This document shows, one piece after another, positions 37,584-47,705 of a stretch of DNA of 64,000 nt (positions are counted from its first letter, which is position 1; each line of letters starts with the position of its first letter). The position numbers and the translations under genes are program-made. Below the pieces are notes generated by a model. It saw nothing but the letters and a program-made list of their open reading frames with translations, was not told the origin of the DNA and searched no databases. Source of the DNA: an uncultured Gemmatimonadales bacterium. GTDB taxonomy: Bacteria; Gemmatimonadota; Gemmatimonadetes; Gemmatimonadales; GWC2-71-9. The DNA lies in the NCBI GenBank assembly GCA_963709905.1, contig CAVPYI010000018.1:350214-414213 (forward strand), written 5' to 3'.

Positions 37584-39989
37584 CTAGTCGGCCCGCAACG
37601 CGGTCATCGGATCCACCCGCGCGGCCCGGCGGGCCGGCAGCCAGGCGGCGAGCAGCACCACCAGTGTGAGCACCGTGGCCACGGCGGCAAGGGTTCCCGG
37701 ATCGCCGGGCGCCACCTGGTACAGGAGATGGGTAAGCACGCGGGTCGAGAGCAACGCGCCCGCGACTCCCAGCGCCACGCCTCCGAGCGCCAGCGCCACA
37801 GCGCCGGAAAGAACCAGACGGGCCACGTTACCCGGGCTGGCCCCGAGCGCGATTCGGACGCCGAATTCCCTGGTGCGGAGTCCCACGCCGTGGGCCACGA
37901 CGCCGTAGATCCCGATCGCCGCCAGGGTGACCGCCAGAGCGCCGAACAGCCCGAGCAGCAGCATCGGATAGCGGCGGTCGGCCACCGATCGGCGGACGTA
38001 CTCCTGCATCGTGGCGATGTCGCCGATCGGGAGCGCCGGGTCCGATTCGCGGACCACACCGCGGATGGCTGTCGTGAGGGCGGTCAGGTCCCCGGCGGCC
38101 CGCACGACCAGCACCATGTAGCCGGACGGACTCTGGGCTCGCGGGTAGTAGATCATCGGCCGGACGTCGCCGTCGAGACCGTTATGCCGCACATCCCCGA
38201 CCACGCCGACGATCTCGGGCTCCGCCTCGGGGTCGTCCCAGCTGACCCGCACCCTGGCACCGATGGGATCGCCGTCGGGCCAGAGCTGGCGGGCCATGGT
38301 CTCGTTGATCACCACCACCGGCGGGGAGCCGGCGGCGTCACTGACTGCCGGCAACCGGCCCCGTATCAGAGGAATCCCCAGGGCGGGGAAATAGCCCTCG
38401 TCCGCGAGCCGGATGTCTGCCACCGGCGCCTGGCCGGGCGCCGGGGGCGGCTGCCCCACGACGCTGAACGAGGTGGCGCTTGCCAGCCCGGTGAGCGGGA
38501 GCGCGCTGACGGAGCCGGCCGCGTCGACACCCGGAAGGGCGTCGACCCTGGCAAGGACCTGATCGAAGAAGGCGGTGCGGCGCGCGTCGTTCTCATAGAG
38601 CGCGGACGGCAGACTCAGCTCGACGGTGAGCACGCTGGTCGGATCGAACCCCGGATGGACTGCGAGCAGCCTAGCCAGCGAGCGGATCATCAAGCCGGCG
38701 CCGGTGAGCAGCATGAGGGCGAGCGCGAGCTGGATGACCACCAAGCCTTGTCGCCAGCGGGTCGCGGCGCCACCCACGGTAGTCCGGGTGGTCGCTTCGC
38801 CGAGCGCCGGGCGCCGGGTGCCGATTCCGAGAGCGGCTGGCAACCCGGCCAGGGCGCCGACAACCATCACCGCCAGCGCCGTAGCCCCGAGGACCGCGCC
38901 GTCGATGCGAATCTCGGCCAGGCGGGGAACGTCACTCGGGGCGAGGGCCTTGAGCAGATCCACGCCCCACGCGGCGACCAGCAGGCCCACGGCGCCCCCG
39001 ATGCCGGCAACCACCAGGCTCTCCAGCAGCCACTGCCGGGCGAGCTGCCACCGGGGCGCACCCAGCGCGACCCGCACCGCGGTCTCCCGGGCCCGACCCG
39101 CGGCGCGGACCAGCGTGAGATTGGCCACGTTGGCGCATGCGATCAGCAGCACGAGCGCCACGGCCCCCAGCAGCACCAGGAGCATCTCCCGGGCCCCGCC
39201 TACCACCTGTTCCGTGAGCGACACGACGTTGGTGCTCCAGCCGGTGTCGTGCTCCGGGAACTCGCGCTCCAGCCCCCGGGCGATGGTCATCATCTCGGCC
39301 CTGGCGGCCTCCGCCGACACGCCGGGCTTGAGCCGGCCCATCACCATGGCGTAGCGGCCCATGGGCTTCCAGTTCTCCGCGCTGATGGTGAACGGCTTCC
39401 AGTACTCCTCCGTCCCCAGCGGGCGGAAGGTCGCCGGCATCACGCCCACCACCGTGACCGTTCCGCCGGCGACCGCCACCGGGCGACCGACGACGGCCGG
39501 ATCGCCTCCGAAGCGGCGCTGCCACAGCCCGTGACTCAGGATGATGACCTCGGGCCCGCCCGTAACGCCTTCTTCGGGGGTGAAGAGCCGCCCGCGCGCC
39601 GGCTGGGCGCCGAGTACGGAGAACAGGTTGGTGGTGACCGACCGGCCGGGCACCCGCTCGGGGGCGTCACCACCGGTGAACACGGTCGACGCCCAGGTGT
39701 ACATGGCCAGGTCGGTGAACGAGGTCGCCCGTTCCTGCCAGCGCAGGTAGTTGGCCGGGGACACCACGTTGCGGTCGCGTTGCCGGGGGATGTTGTGCTC
39801 CCAGACCATCACCAGGCGCTCGGGCTCGGCATAAGAAAGCGGGCGAAGCAGAACCGCCTGGATCACGCTGAACATCGCAGTGTTGGCGCCGAACCCCAGC
39901 GCCAGCGTGAGGCACGCCACCAGCGCGAAACCCGGAGTCCGGCGGAGGGAGCGCAGTGCGTAGCGGAAGTCCTGAAGCAACAGGTCCAT
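37584..39989 (-). CDS. ABC permease, ADOP family, paralog 4 of 8
   Basis: ORF-track frame 37584-40073, started at ATG 39989 ([41 protein letters not shown]). C-terminus [16 protein letters not shown]. Confidence 0.9.
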   Translation of the reverse strand: MDLLLQDFRYALRSLRRTPGFALVACLTLALGFGANTAMFSVIQAVLLRPLSYAEPERLVMVWEHNIPRQRDRNVVSPANYLRWQERATSFTDLAMYTWASTVFTGGDAPERVPGRSVTTNLFSVLGAQPARGRLFTPEEGVTGGPEVIILSHGLWQRRFGGDPAVVGRPVAVAGGTVTVVGVMPATFRPLGTEEYWKPFTISAENWKPMGRYAMVMGRLKPGVSAEAARAEMMTIARGLEREFPEHDTGWSTNVVSLTEQVVGGAREMLLVLLGAVALVLLIACANVANLTLVRAAGRARETAVRVALGAPRWQLARQWLLESLVVAGIGGAVGLLVAAWGVDLLKALAPSDVPRLAEIRIDGAVLGATALAVMVVGALAGLPAALGIGTRRPALGEATTRTTVGGAATRWRQGLVVIQLALALMLLTGAGLMIRSLARLLAVHPGFDPTSVLTVELSLPSALYENDARRTAFFDQVLARVDALPGVDAAGSVSALPLTGLASATSFSVVGQPPPAPGQAPVADIRLADEGYFPALGIPLIRGRLPAVSDAAGSPPVVVINETMARQLWPDGDPIGARVRVSWDDPEAEPEIVGVVGDVRHNGLDGDVRPMIYYPRAQSPSGYMVLVVRAAGDLTALTTAIRGVVRESDPALPIGDIATMQEYVRRSVADRRYPMLLLGLFGALAVTLAAIGIYGVVAHGVGLRTREFGVRIALGASPGNVARLVLSGAVALALGGVALGVAGALLSTRVLTHLLYQVAPGDPGTLAAVATVLTLVVLLAAWLPARRAARVDPMTALRAD

Positions 39990-40069
39990 GGCTCGGCCCT
40001 CGTGGTTGGCAGCCCCGCAATTCGTCGAACGCGTTGCCTCTGATCCGGCGCCGGCGGCAGTCGAGCGGG

Positions 40070-42484
40070 TCACCGGCCCTTGAGTACGATGGCCGGATCG
40101 ACCCGTGCCGCCCGCAAGGCCGGGACACAGCAGGCGGCCAGCGTCACCAGCGCCAGCCCGGCCGTGCCGGCGGCAAAGGTCCCGGGATCAAGCGGTTCGA
40201 CGCCGTACAACTGATTGGCCAGGAGTCGGGTCAACAGCGCCGCGCCGGACAACCCCAGCGCCACCCCGACCAGCGTGAGCCGCAGCCCCCGACCAAGCAC
40301 CAGGCGGAGGACGTCACCAGGCAACGCGCCCAGCGCCAGGCGCACCCCGATTTCCTGTCGCCGCTGGATGACCACATACGACATCAGACCGTACACGCCC
40401 ACGGCGGCGAGCAGCAGCGCCAGGCCGGCAAATGCCCCGAGCAGCAGCATGATGAAGCGTTGCAGGGCCAGCGTCTCGGCCAGGACCTCCGTGAGGGGCC
40501 GCACGCGCCCCACGGGGACCTGACCGTCGCTTCGCCGGATGGCAGTGGTCAGTACGTCGGTGAGCGGCGCGGCATCCCCCCGCGCGCGGACGACGACATG
40601 AATGGGGAACCAGCTGCTGAAGATCCGGGTGTACGACTGTGGTGTTTGCGCGGAGGAGAGAAACACGGTCGGCGGAGCCGGCAGTCCGATGTAAGAACGC
40701 ACGTCGGCCACCACTCCGACTACTCGGCGACGCACGCCCTCTCCGCCACCGACGGTGATCATCCGACCGACCGGCGACCCCGACCCGAGCAACTGGCGTG
40801 CGAAGATCTCGTTCACCAGGGCGACCGGCTCGCCGCCCTCGACATCGCTCGAGGCCAGCAACCGGCCCGCGCGGAGCGGCACGCCAAGCACGTCGAAATA
40901 GGACGGTGTGACCGCCCGGTAGTCCACCGAGCGGGGATCCGCGTTGTCGTCCACGGTCACCTGGAGGTTGCCGCCCCGGTCGAGGGGCAGCCCGGCCTCG
41001 ACGACCGCCGCGCGCTCGACTCCCGGCGACCCCTCGAGCTCCGCGATGACCCGACGGTAGAAGTCGCTCGTGGCGGCCGTGGATTCGTACCGTGTTCCGG
41101 TCAGCCAGATCTCGGCGCTGACGACCCGATCGGGAACGAAACCCGGATCGGTGCTCAGAAGGTTGCTGAAGGTCCGGATGAGGAGACCGGCCCCGGCGAG
41201 CAGCACCAACGCCAGCGCGAGCTGACCGGCGACGAGGGCGTTGCGGAGCTCACCCTGCCGCGCCCCGGAGGTAAGGCGCCCCGATCCTTCGTTGAGGGCA
41301 TCAGTCACCGCCGCTTTGCCGGCCCGCAGCGCCGGCAGCAGCCCCACCGCCACCCCCACGAGCAACGACAGCCCCAGGGTGAACCCGAGCGCCGAGCCGT
41401 CCAGGCCGATGTCGGCCGCCCGCGGAACGTCGGCCGGCAGGAAGGCCAGCAGGGCCTGCAGTCCCCACACGGCGCACAGCAGTCCCAGCGCTCCGCCCAC
41501 GAGGCCCAGGACCACACTCTCCGTGAGCAGCTGGCGCAGCAATCGCCCCCGCCCCGCCCCGAGGGCGTGCCGCAAAGCCAGCTCTCGACTCCGGGACACC
41601 GAACGCCCGAGCACCAGGCTGGCCACGTTGGCGCATGCAATGAGCAGAACGAACGCGATGGCCCCGACCAGGATGCGCACGGGGCGGGCGAGGTCGAGCA
41701 CCATCAACCGATGGTAGGGCTGCAGTTCGATCGCCGCTTCCTTCGAGACCCAGCCCTCGAAGCTCTCGCGAAACCCGGCGACGGTGGAGGGGAGCCGGGC
41801 GCGGGCCTCCGACAGGCTCACGCCGGGCGAGAGTCGCGCCAGCATCCGCAGATTCTGCCCGCTCCCGATCGTGCCTCCCACCTGCGCCAGGGTCGACCAT
41901 GCGTCGACCGTCGGAATCGAACGGAATCCCGCCGGCATGACGCCCACGACGACATGAGGAGCGCCATCCAGCGGGACGGTCCGACCCACGACGGCAGGAT
42001 CGCCTCCGAAGGCGCGTTGCCAGAACCCGTGGCTCAGGACCACGGCGTTGGGGCCGCCGGGCCGGTCCTCATCGTCGAGAAAGCCGCGACCCAGAGCCGG
42101 AGGCACACCCAGGACACCGAAGTAGTTCGCCGAGACTCGTTGTCCGAAAGCACGCACCGCCCCGGCGTCCGTGACCATATTGAAGCCGACCGTAGTCGTG
42201 CCTGCGATGCCTTCCATCCCCGTCACATGATCCCGGAGAAACCGGAACTGGTTCCAGGTGACGTACATCTCGTTTTCACCGTCCCGGTAGCGCTGGGCCA
42301 GCTGCACGAGCCGGTAGGGCTCGGGATACGGGAGCGGGCGCAGCAGGACGCCATATAGCACGCTGAAGATGGCCGTGTTGGCGCCGATGCCGAGCGCCAG
42401 GGTAACCACCGCCACCAGCGTGAACGCTGGCGACCGACCCAGGGATCGGAGGGCGAACCGGAAGTCCTGCAGCAGGGCGGCCAT
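40070..42484 (-). CDS. ABC permease, ADOP family, paralog 5 of 8
   Basis: 804 aa. [41 protein letters not shown].. and C-terminus [15 protein letters not shown]. Confidence 0.9.
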   Translation of the reverse strand: MAALLQDFRFALRSLGRSPAFTLVAVVTLALGIGANTAIFSVLYGVLLRPLPYPEPYRLVQLAQRYRDGENEMYVTWNQFRFLRDHVTGMEGIAGTTTVGFNMVTDAGAVRAFGQRVSANYFGVLGVPPALGRGFLDDEDRPGGPNAVVLSHGFWQRAFGGDPAVVGRTVPLDGAPHVVVGVMPAGFRSIPTVDAWSTLAQVGGTIGSGQNLRMLARLSPGVSLSEARARLPSTVAGFRESFEGWVSKEAAIELQPYHRLMVLDLARPVRILVGAIAFVLLIACANVASLVLGRSVSRSRELALRHALGAGRGRLLRQLLTESVVLGLVGGALGLLCAVWGLQALLAFLPADVPRAADIGLDGSALGFTLGLSLLVGVAVGLLPALRAGKAAVTDALNEGSGRLTSGARQGELRNALVAGQLALALVLLAGAGLLIRTFSNLLSTDPGFVPDRVVSAEIWLTGTRYESTAATSDFYRRVIAELEGSPGVERAAVVEAGLPLDRGGNLQVTVDDNADPRSVDYRAVTPSYFDVLGVPLRAGRLLASSDVEGGEPVALVNEIFARQLLGSGSPVGRMITVGGGEGVRRRVVGVVADVRSYIGLPAPPTVFLSSAQTPQSYTRIFSSWFPIHVVVRARGDAAPLTDVLTTAIRRSDGQVPVGRVRPLTEVLAETLALQRFIMLLLGAFAGLALLLAAVGVYGLMSYVVIQRRQEIGVRLALGALPGDVLRLVLGRGLRLTLVGVALGLSGAALLTRLLANQLYGVEPLDPGTFAAGTAGLALVTLAACCVPALRAARVDPAIVLKGR

Positions 42485-42502
42485 GGATCGTTCCGGGGTG
42501 GA

Positions 42503-44926
42503 TTAGTCCGACCGGAGCGCCGTCATCGGATCCACTCGCGCCGCGCGGCGAGCCGGAACGAAGCAGGCTAATGCGGCGGCGACCAGCAACACCGCTGCGG
42601 CGCCTGCCAGGGCGAAGGGGTCTCCCGGTGACACGCCGTAGAGCAGCGGTCCGAGGCGCCACATGAACAGAGCGGCAAGACCGAGGCCCAGGATCACGCC
42701 GAACAGCGCCAGCCGCACGCCGTCTCCCAGGACCCGGGTCACGACCGAGGGCGGCGTGGCACCAAGGGCGAGGCGGATCCCGAACTCGCGGGTCCGCTGG
42801 ACCACGAGCTGGGTCATGACGCCGTACGTTCCGAGGGCGGCGAGCAGGGTGGCCGTCACCGCGAAGCCGCCGACCAGCAGGAGGTAGAGGCGCTCCCGGG
42901 CCGTCGCCGCCGCGACCAGTTGGTCCATCGATCGGACGCGAAACATCGGAATGTCGGGATCGTGTGCCGCCAGGACCTTCCGAATGGGCTCGACCAGCGC
43001 ACCCGGTTCGCCCCGACCGCGCAGGGTCCACGCCAGGTACCCGACGGGAAACTGAGCGTGGGCAACGTAGAGGGTCGGGCCCGGCGGCGTAGCCGGCCCC
43101 AGATCGTGGACGTCGCCGACCACACCGACCACCTCACCACCGACGCGGGGCCAGTCCCGCCCGAGACCGAGACGGGTCCCCAGCTCCGTCGAGTGTCCCA
43201 TCGGGTCGCCCTCAGGCCAGAGCAGCCGGGCGGCGCTCGCACTCAGCACCGTGACCGGCCGGGAGGCCTGACGATCCTCTGCCGTGAACCCGCGCCCACG
43301 CAGCATCGGAATCCCCATGGCGCGGAAGTAGTCGGGCGTCACCACCCGGACATTCAGGTTCAGGCGATCCTGTTCACGGTCGTCCAGTACCCGACCGTCG
43401 ATCGTGTAGGCGCTGATCGTGTAACCGAACCCCGTGAGCGGCAGCCCGAACACCGCCCCGGCCACGTCCACCCCGGGAAGGCGGGCAAGCTCCCCGGTGA
43501 GAGTCGCGACGAACGCCCGCGCCCGCTCACGGTCGTACCGGGCATCGGGGAGGGATGCCGCAAACGTCTGTACGCCGTCGGGGCGAAAGCCGAAGTCCAC
43601 CCGGGTGAGGTGCCGAAAGCTCCGGAGCAGGAGTCCCGCGCCGACCAGCAGGGTGACAGCGAGCGCCAGCTGGACGACGACCAGCGATGCCCGGGTTCGC
43701 CGCTGCGAGCGGTCTCCGCCCCCGCCGCTGGCCCGGATCCGGCTGGTCAGATCGCTGGTCGTGGTGGCCCGCCAGGCCGGGAACAGGCCCGAGAGCAGGC
43801 CCGCAACGACCGTGACGCCGATCGCGAACAGCAGCACCGGGCCATCGAGGCGGCTCTGGTCGAGGAGCGCAATCCCGGCCGCATCGGTCGCGGCAATGGC
43901 GGCACTGCCCCAGATGGCCAGCAGCACGCCGGCGCCGCCGCCGATGACTCCCAGCACCAGGCTTTCGGCGAGCATCTGCGACACCAGCCGCCCCCGGTTG
44001 GCGCCCAGCGCCGCTCGGATGGCTTGATCCCGCGTACGCGCGAGGCCGCGCGCCAACAGCAAGCCCGTTACATTCACGCAGGCCAGCAGCAGCACCAGGA
44101 CGACCGCCCCGAACAGCACCAGCAGCGCGGGTCGGGCATCGCCGACCAGGGCGTCCCGGAACGGCTGCAGGGTGGCGCCCTTTTCACTGTTGGATTGCGG
44201 ATAGGCATCGCGCAGCCGAGCAGCGATCGTCACGATATCGGCGGATGCTTCGGCGGCGGTCACGCCCGGCTTGAGCCGCCCGATGACATCGAGGTACTGG
44301 GCCCCGCGCTGGGTACGAAGTACTTCGGCGGTGAACCCTGTCGGCGTCCACAGCTCCGCCCCGAGCGGGTAGGAGAACCCGCGCGGCATCACGCCGACCA
44401 CCACGTGGGGCTCACCACGGAGCTGAATCGTGCGGCCGACGATGCCTGAGTCGGTCCCGAAGCGCCGGGTCCAGAGCCCGTGTCCCAGGACCACGACCCG
44501 CTCGCCCGGTCGATCGTCGTCCGGGCCCAGCGTCCGGCCGACCGCGGCGTCGACCCCGAGCACCGCGAAGAAGCCACCGGTCACCTCGGCGTCCGGAATC
44601 TGTTCCGCGGGCCCCTCGCCGGTGAGGGGCGACGTGCGTGCGTTGAGGGCCGCCAGCTCCCTGAAGGAGCGATTCTCGGCCCGGAAATCAGCGAAGTCCG
44701 GTGGCGAGACGTTGGACGCGCTTCCGTGCCAGGTGGTGTAAACCTGTACCAGCTCTTCCGGTGCCGGATACGGCAGCGGACGCAGCAGCACTGCGCGAAT
44801 CGCGCTGTACGCCGCCGTGGTTGCCCCGATGCCGAGCGCCAGCGTCAGCGCCACCATCGCCGTGAAGCCGGGCGCACGCCCGGCGGACCGAACCGCCTGA
44901 CGGAGATCCTCCGCGACCCTGCGCAT
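42503..44926 (-). CDS. ABC permease, ADOP family, paralog 6 of 8
   Basis: ORF-track frame 42503-45223, started at ATG 44926 ([41 protein letters not shown]). An alternative ATG at 45010 overlaps the upstream stop but would translate an octamer repeat. Confidence 0.88.
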   Translation of the reverse strand: MRRVAEDLRQAVRSAGRAPGFTAMVALTLALGIGATTAAYSAIRAVLLRPLPYPAPEELVQVYTTWHGSASNVSPPDFADFRAENRSFRELAALNARTSPLTGEGPAEQIPDAEVTGGFFAVLGVDAAVGRTLGPDDDRPGERVVVLGHGLWTRRFGTDSGIVGRTIQLRGEPHVVVGVMPRGFSYPLGAELWTPTGFTAEVLRTQRGAQYLDVIGRLKPGVTAAEASADIVTIAARLRDAYPQSNSEKGATLQPFRDALVGDARPALLVLFGAVVLVLLLACVNVTGLLLARGLARTRDQAIRAALGANRGRLVSQMLAESLVLGVIGGGAGVLLAIWGSAAIAATDAAGIALLDQSRLDGPVLLFAIGVTVVAGLLSGLFPAWRATTTSDLTSRIRASGGGGDRSQRRTRASLVVVQLALAVTLLVGAGLLLRSFRHLTRVDFGFRPDGVQTFAASLPDARYDRERARAFVATLTGELARLPGVDVAGAVFGLPLTGFGYTISAYTIDGRVLDDREQDRLNLNVRVVTPDYFRAMGIPMLRGRGFTAEDRQASRPVTVLSASAARLLWPEGDPMGHSTELGTRLGLGRDWPRVGGEVVGVVGDVHDLGPATPPGPTLYVAHAQFPVGYLAWTLRGRGEPGALVEPIRKVLAAHDPDIPMFRVRSMDQLVAAATARERLYLLLVGGFAVTATLLAALGTYGVMTQLVVQRTREFGIRLALGATPPSVVTRVLGDGVRLALFGVILGLGLAALFMWRLGPLLYGVSPGDPFALAGAAAVLLVAAALACFVPARRAARVDPMTALRSD

Positions 44927-45009
44927 CACCGGGCCGCCACCGGAAGACCGCTGGCCGGCCCGGTTCTCTGCCGGGCCGTCCAGCCGCCGAGCCGCCGAGT
45001 TCGCTGCCA

Positions 45010-47448
45010 TCACTCCTCCCGCAGGACCACCGAAGGATCTACACGGGTCGCCCGCCGGGCCGGGAGCCAGGTGGCGAGCAGGGTCACGCCGACCAGCAAG
45101 AGCGAGATCACCAGGAAGGTCAGCGGGTCGGTGGCACTCAGATTGAACAGCATGGTCTGCAGCACGCGGGTGAGGATCAGCGCCGCGGCCAGGCCGAGCG
45201 CCACGCCCAGGGCCACCAGCCACATCCCCTGGCGGAGCACCAGCCCGAGTACGTCCACCGACTTCGCACCGAGGGCCAGGCGTACGCCGAGTTCCCGGGC
45301 GCGCTGGGTCACGATGAAGGACATGACGCCGTACAGCCCGATCGCCGCCAGCGCTGCCGCCAGCCCCGAAAAGACGGCCAGCAATACCATGGAGAACCGG
45401 CGCGATCCGGTGCTGTCGTCCACCAGTTGCGCCATCGTGTTCACGTTGGACAGCGGGAGATCGGGATCGACCGATTTGAGCGCCGTCCGAACGGAGCGAA
45501 CCTGGGCGAGCGGATCGCCGGCGCCGGCGCGCACGGCGTAGGCAAGGAAGGGAATCCCGAACTGCCGGAGCGGGAAGTACACCTGCACTCGGCGATCACC
45601 GTCGAGTCCCTCGTGCAGGGTGTGGCGAACCACCCCGACCACCTCGATCCACTGGGTGCTGGGGTCGGCCGGATCGCCCCGGGTGATCCGCTTGCCGATC
45701 GGGTCGTCATTCGGCCAGTAGCGTCGTACCAGCTCTTCGTCCACGATCGTAACCGGACGCGACCCCGGGCCATCCTGCTCCGTGAAGTGCCGACCCCTGA
45801 GCAGCTGCACGTCGAGCGTCGGCAGGAATCCGGGGGTGACGATCCGGATGTCGCCCCAGGGCCCGGGGGTGTTCTCCGGCGCCTGGTATCCCTCCACCCG
45901 GAAGCTTCCCGTCGACCACGATCCGCCGAACGGCAGCACCGAGGTCCCGCCCACACCGCTCACGCCCGGCAAGGCAGCGATCTCGGCCGACACTCGCTCG
46001 AACAGCGCGACCTGGCTGGTATCGGACGGGTACTTGGCGGTGGGCAGCGCGATGTTGAACGTGAGCAGCTGCTCCGACCGGAACCCCGGATCCACCCGGA
46101 GCAGGTGGGCGAAGCTGCGGATCATGAGGCCGGCCCCGGCTAACAATGTCAGCGCCAGCGCGACCGTCCCCACCACCAGCCCGCGCCGCAACCGGAGTCC
46201 TCCCCGGTCGACGGTCGCCCCGCGACTCCCCTCCTTGAGCGAATCGTGAAGGTTGCCGCTGGTGATGCGGAGTGCAGGGGCCAACCCGAACAGGAGCCCG
46301 GTCACGAGCGCGACCAGCAGCGTGTAACCCAGAACCGTGGCGTCGAGCCGGATGTCCTGGGACGGCGGCAGGTTGTTGGGGTTGAGCGCCAGCAGCGCCG
46401 GCACGCCCCAGATAGCGAGCAGCAATCCGACCAATCCACCCAGCAGGGCGAGCAGCACGCTTTCAGTGAGCAGCTGCCGGGCCAGTGCCCCCGGGGACGC
46501 GCCCATCGCGACCCGGATCGCGATTTCCCGGGTGCGCCCCGCCGCGCGAGCCAGCTGCAGGTTGGCCACGTTGGCGCAGGCGATGAGCAGGACCAGACCC
46601 ACAGCGCCGAGCAACACCCACAGCGCCCGCCGGAGGTCGCCGCGCGCCTCCTCATTGAGCGTGGTGACCCCGAGGTCCCAGTCCGGGGGGTAGGCATCGG
46701 TGTACTCGCTCTTGAGCCGTCCAGCCAGGCCGTGCATTTCTGTCTGGGCCTGCTCCGGCGTCACGCCGGCCTTGAGCCGGCCGGTGAACGCCAGGAATTC
46801 GTTGGTCCGCCGGGCGTCGCTGAACTGCTCCGGCTGGAACGCCAGCGGCACCCACAGCTCGGCCCGCCGGTTCCAGAACGCCCGGAACGTCTCGGGCATC
46901 ACTCCGACGACCTCATAGCTTTCGCCGTTGAGGAGCAGACGCTGTCCCAGGACGGTTGCGTCCCCTCCGAACATCCGCTGCCAGAAGCCGTGGCTCAGGA
47001 CTACGACCTTGTCCTGCCCCACCTCCGCCTCCTCCGGCCGGAGGGCCCGCCCCAGGAGCGCGGCGACTCCGTAGGTGGTGAACCAGTCGCCCGTGACCTG
47101 AGAGGCGCGGAGTCGTTCAGGGTCGCCCCGGCCGGTGAGGTTCGGTGCCCAGCCGGTTTCGACCGCCGCGTACTCGAACACCTGCTGCTGGGCCCGGTAA
47201 TCGCGGAACCCGGGAACCGACACCGGAGCTTCCAGATTGTCGAGCGATGGGTAGAGGTGCTCGACCGTGATCAGTCGGTCCGGGTTCTGGTAGGGCAACG
47301 GGCGGAGCAGAACCGCGTTGATCACCGAGAAGATCGCGGTGTTGGCCCCGATTCCGAGTCCCAGCGTGAGGATGGACACCGCCGCAAACCCCGGCGCCCT
47401 CGTCAGAGTGCGGACAGCGTACTTGAGGTCCTGGGCGAAGGTGGCCAC
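45010..47448 (-). CDS. ABC permease, ADOP family, paralog 7 of 8
   Basis: 812 aa, GTG start. [41 protein letters not shown].. and C-terminus ARRATRVDPSVVLREE. Confidence 0.9.
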   Translation of the reverse strand: MATFAQDLKYAVRTLTRAPGFAAVSILTLGLGIGANTAIFSVINAVLLRPLPYQNPDRLITVEHLYPSLDNLEAPVSVPGFRDYRAQQQVFEYAAVETGWAPNLTGRGDPERLRASQVTGDWFTTYGVAALLGRALRPEEAEVGQDKVVVLSHGFWQRMFGGDATVLGQRLLLNGESYEVVGVMPETFRAFWNRRAELWVPLAFQPEQFSDARRTNEFLAFTGRLKAGVTPEQAQTEMHGLAGRLKSEYTDAYPPDWDLGVTTLNEEARGDLRRALWVLLGAVGLVLLIACANVANLQLARAAGRTREIAIRVAMGASPGALARQLLTESVLLALLGGLVGLLLAIWGVPALLALNPNNLPPSQDIRLDATVLGYTLLVALVTGLLFGLAPALRITSGNLHDSLKEGSRGATVDRGGLRLRRGLVVGTVALALTLLAGAGLMIRSFAHLLRVDPGFRSEQLLTFNIALPTAKYPSDTSQVALFERVSAEIAALPGVSGVGGTSVLPFGGSWSTGSFRVEGYQAPENTPGPWGDIRIVTPGFLPTLDVQLLRGRHFTEQDGPGSRPVTIVDEELVRRYWPNDDPIGKRITRGDPADPSTQWIEVVGVVRHTLHEGLDGDRRVQVYFPLRQFGIPFLAYAVRAGAGDPLAQVRSVRTALKSVDPDLPLSNVNTMAQLVDDSTGSRRFSMVLLAVFSGLAAALAAIGLYGVMSFIVTQRARELGVRLALGAKSVDVLGLVLRQGMWLVALGVALGLAAALILTRVLQTMLFNLSATDPLTFLVISLLLVGVTLLATWLPARRATRVDPSVVLREE

Positions 47449-47480
47449 GAGTCCTCCGGGGTTGCGCGGGCATGGGGGCG

Positions 47481-47695
47481 GTCGGCAGTCGGCTGTGAGC
47501 GACCAGCTATGAGCTATGAGCTATGAGCTATGAGCCATCAGCTATCAGCTATCAGTTATCAGTCATCAGTCATCAGATATCAGGTATCGCTGATCAGCCG
47601 TCGGCAGCGGTCAACTCATAGCTCATAGCTCATGGCTCAAGGCTCACGGCTCGTGGCTCACGGCTCATGGCTCACGGCTCACGGCTCCCAGCTCA
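47481..47695. repeat. composite heptamer-repeat locus: (CTATGAG)x4, (C/T)(T/C)ATCAG x~9, central palindromic TGATCA region, then (CTCATAG/CTCACGG/CTCATGG)x~12
   Basis: Direct reading. Occupies nearly all of the 257-nt gap between permease paralogs 7 and 8. Confidence 0.9.
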
Positions 47696-47705
47696 TCGCC
47701 CGCAC

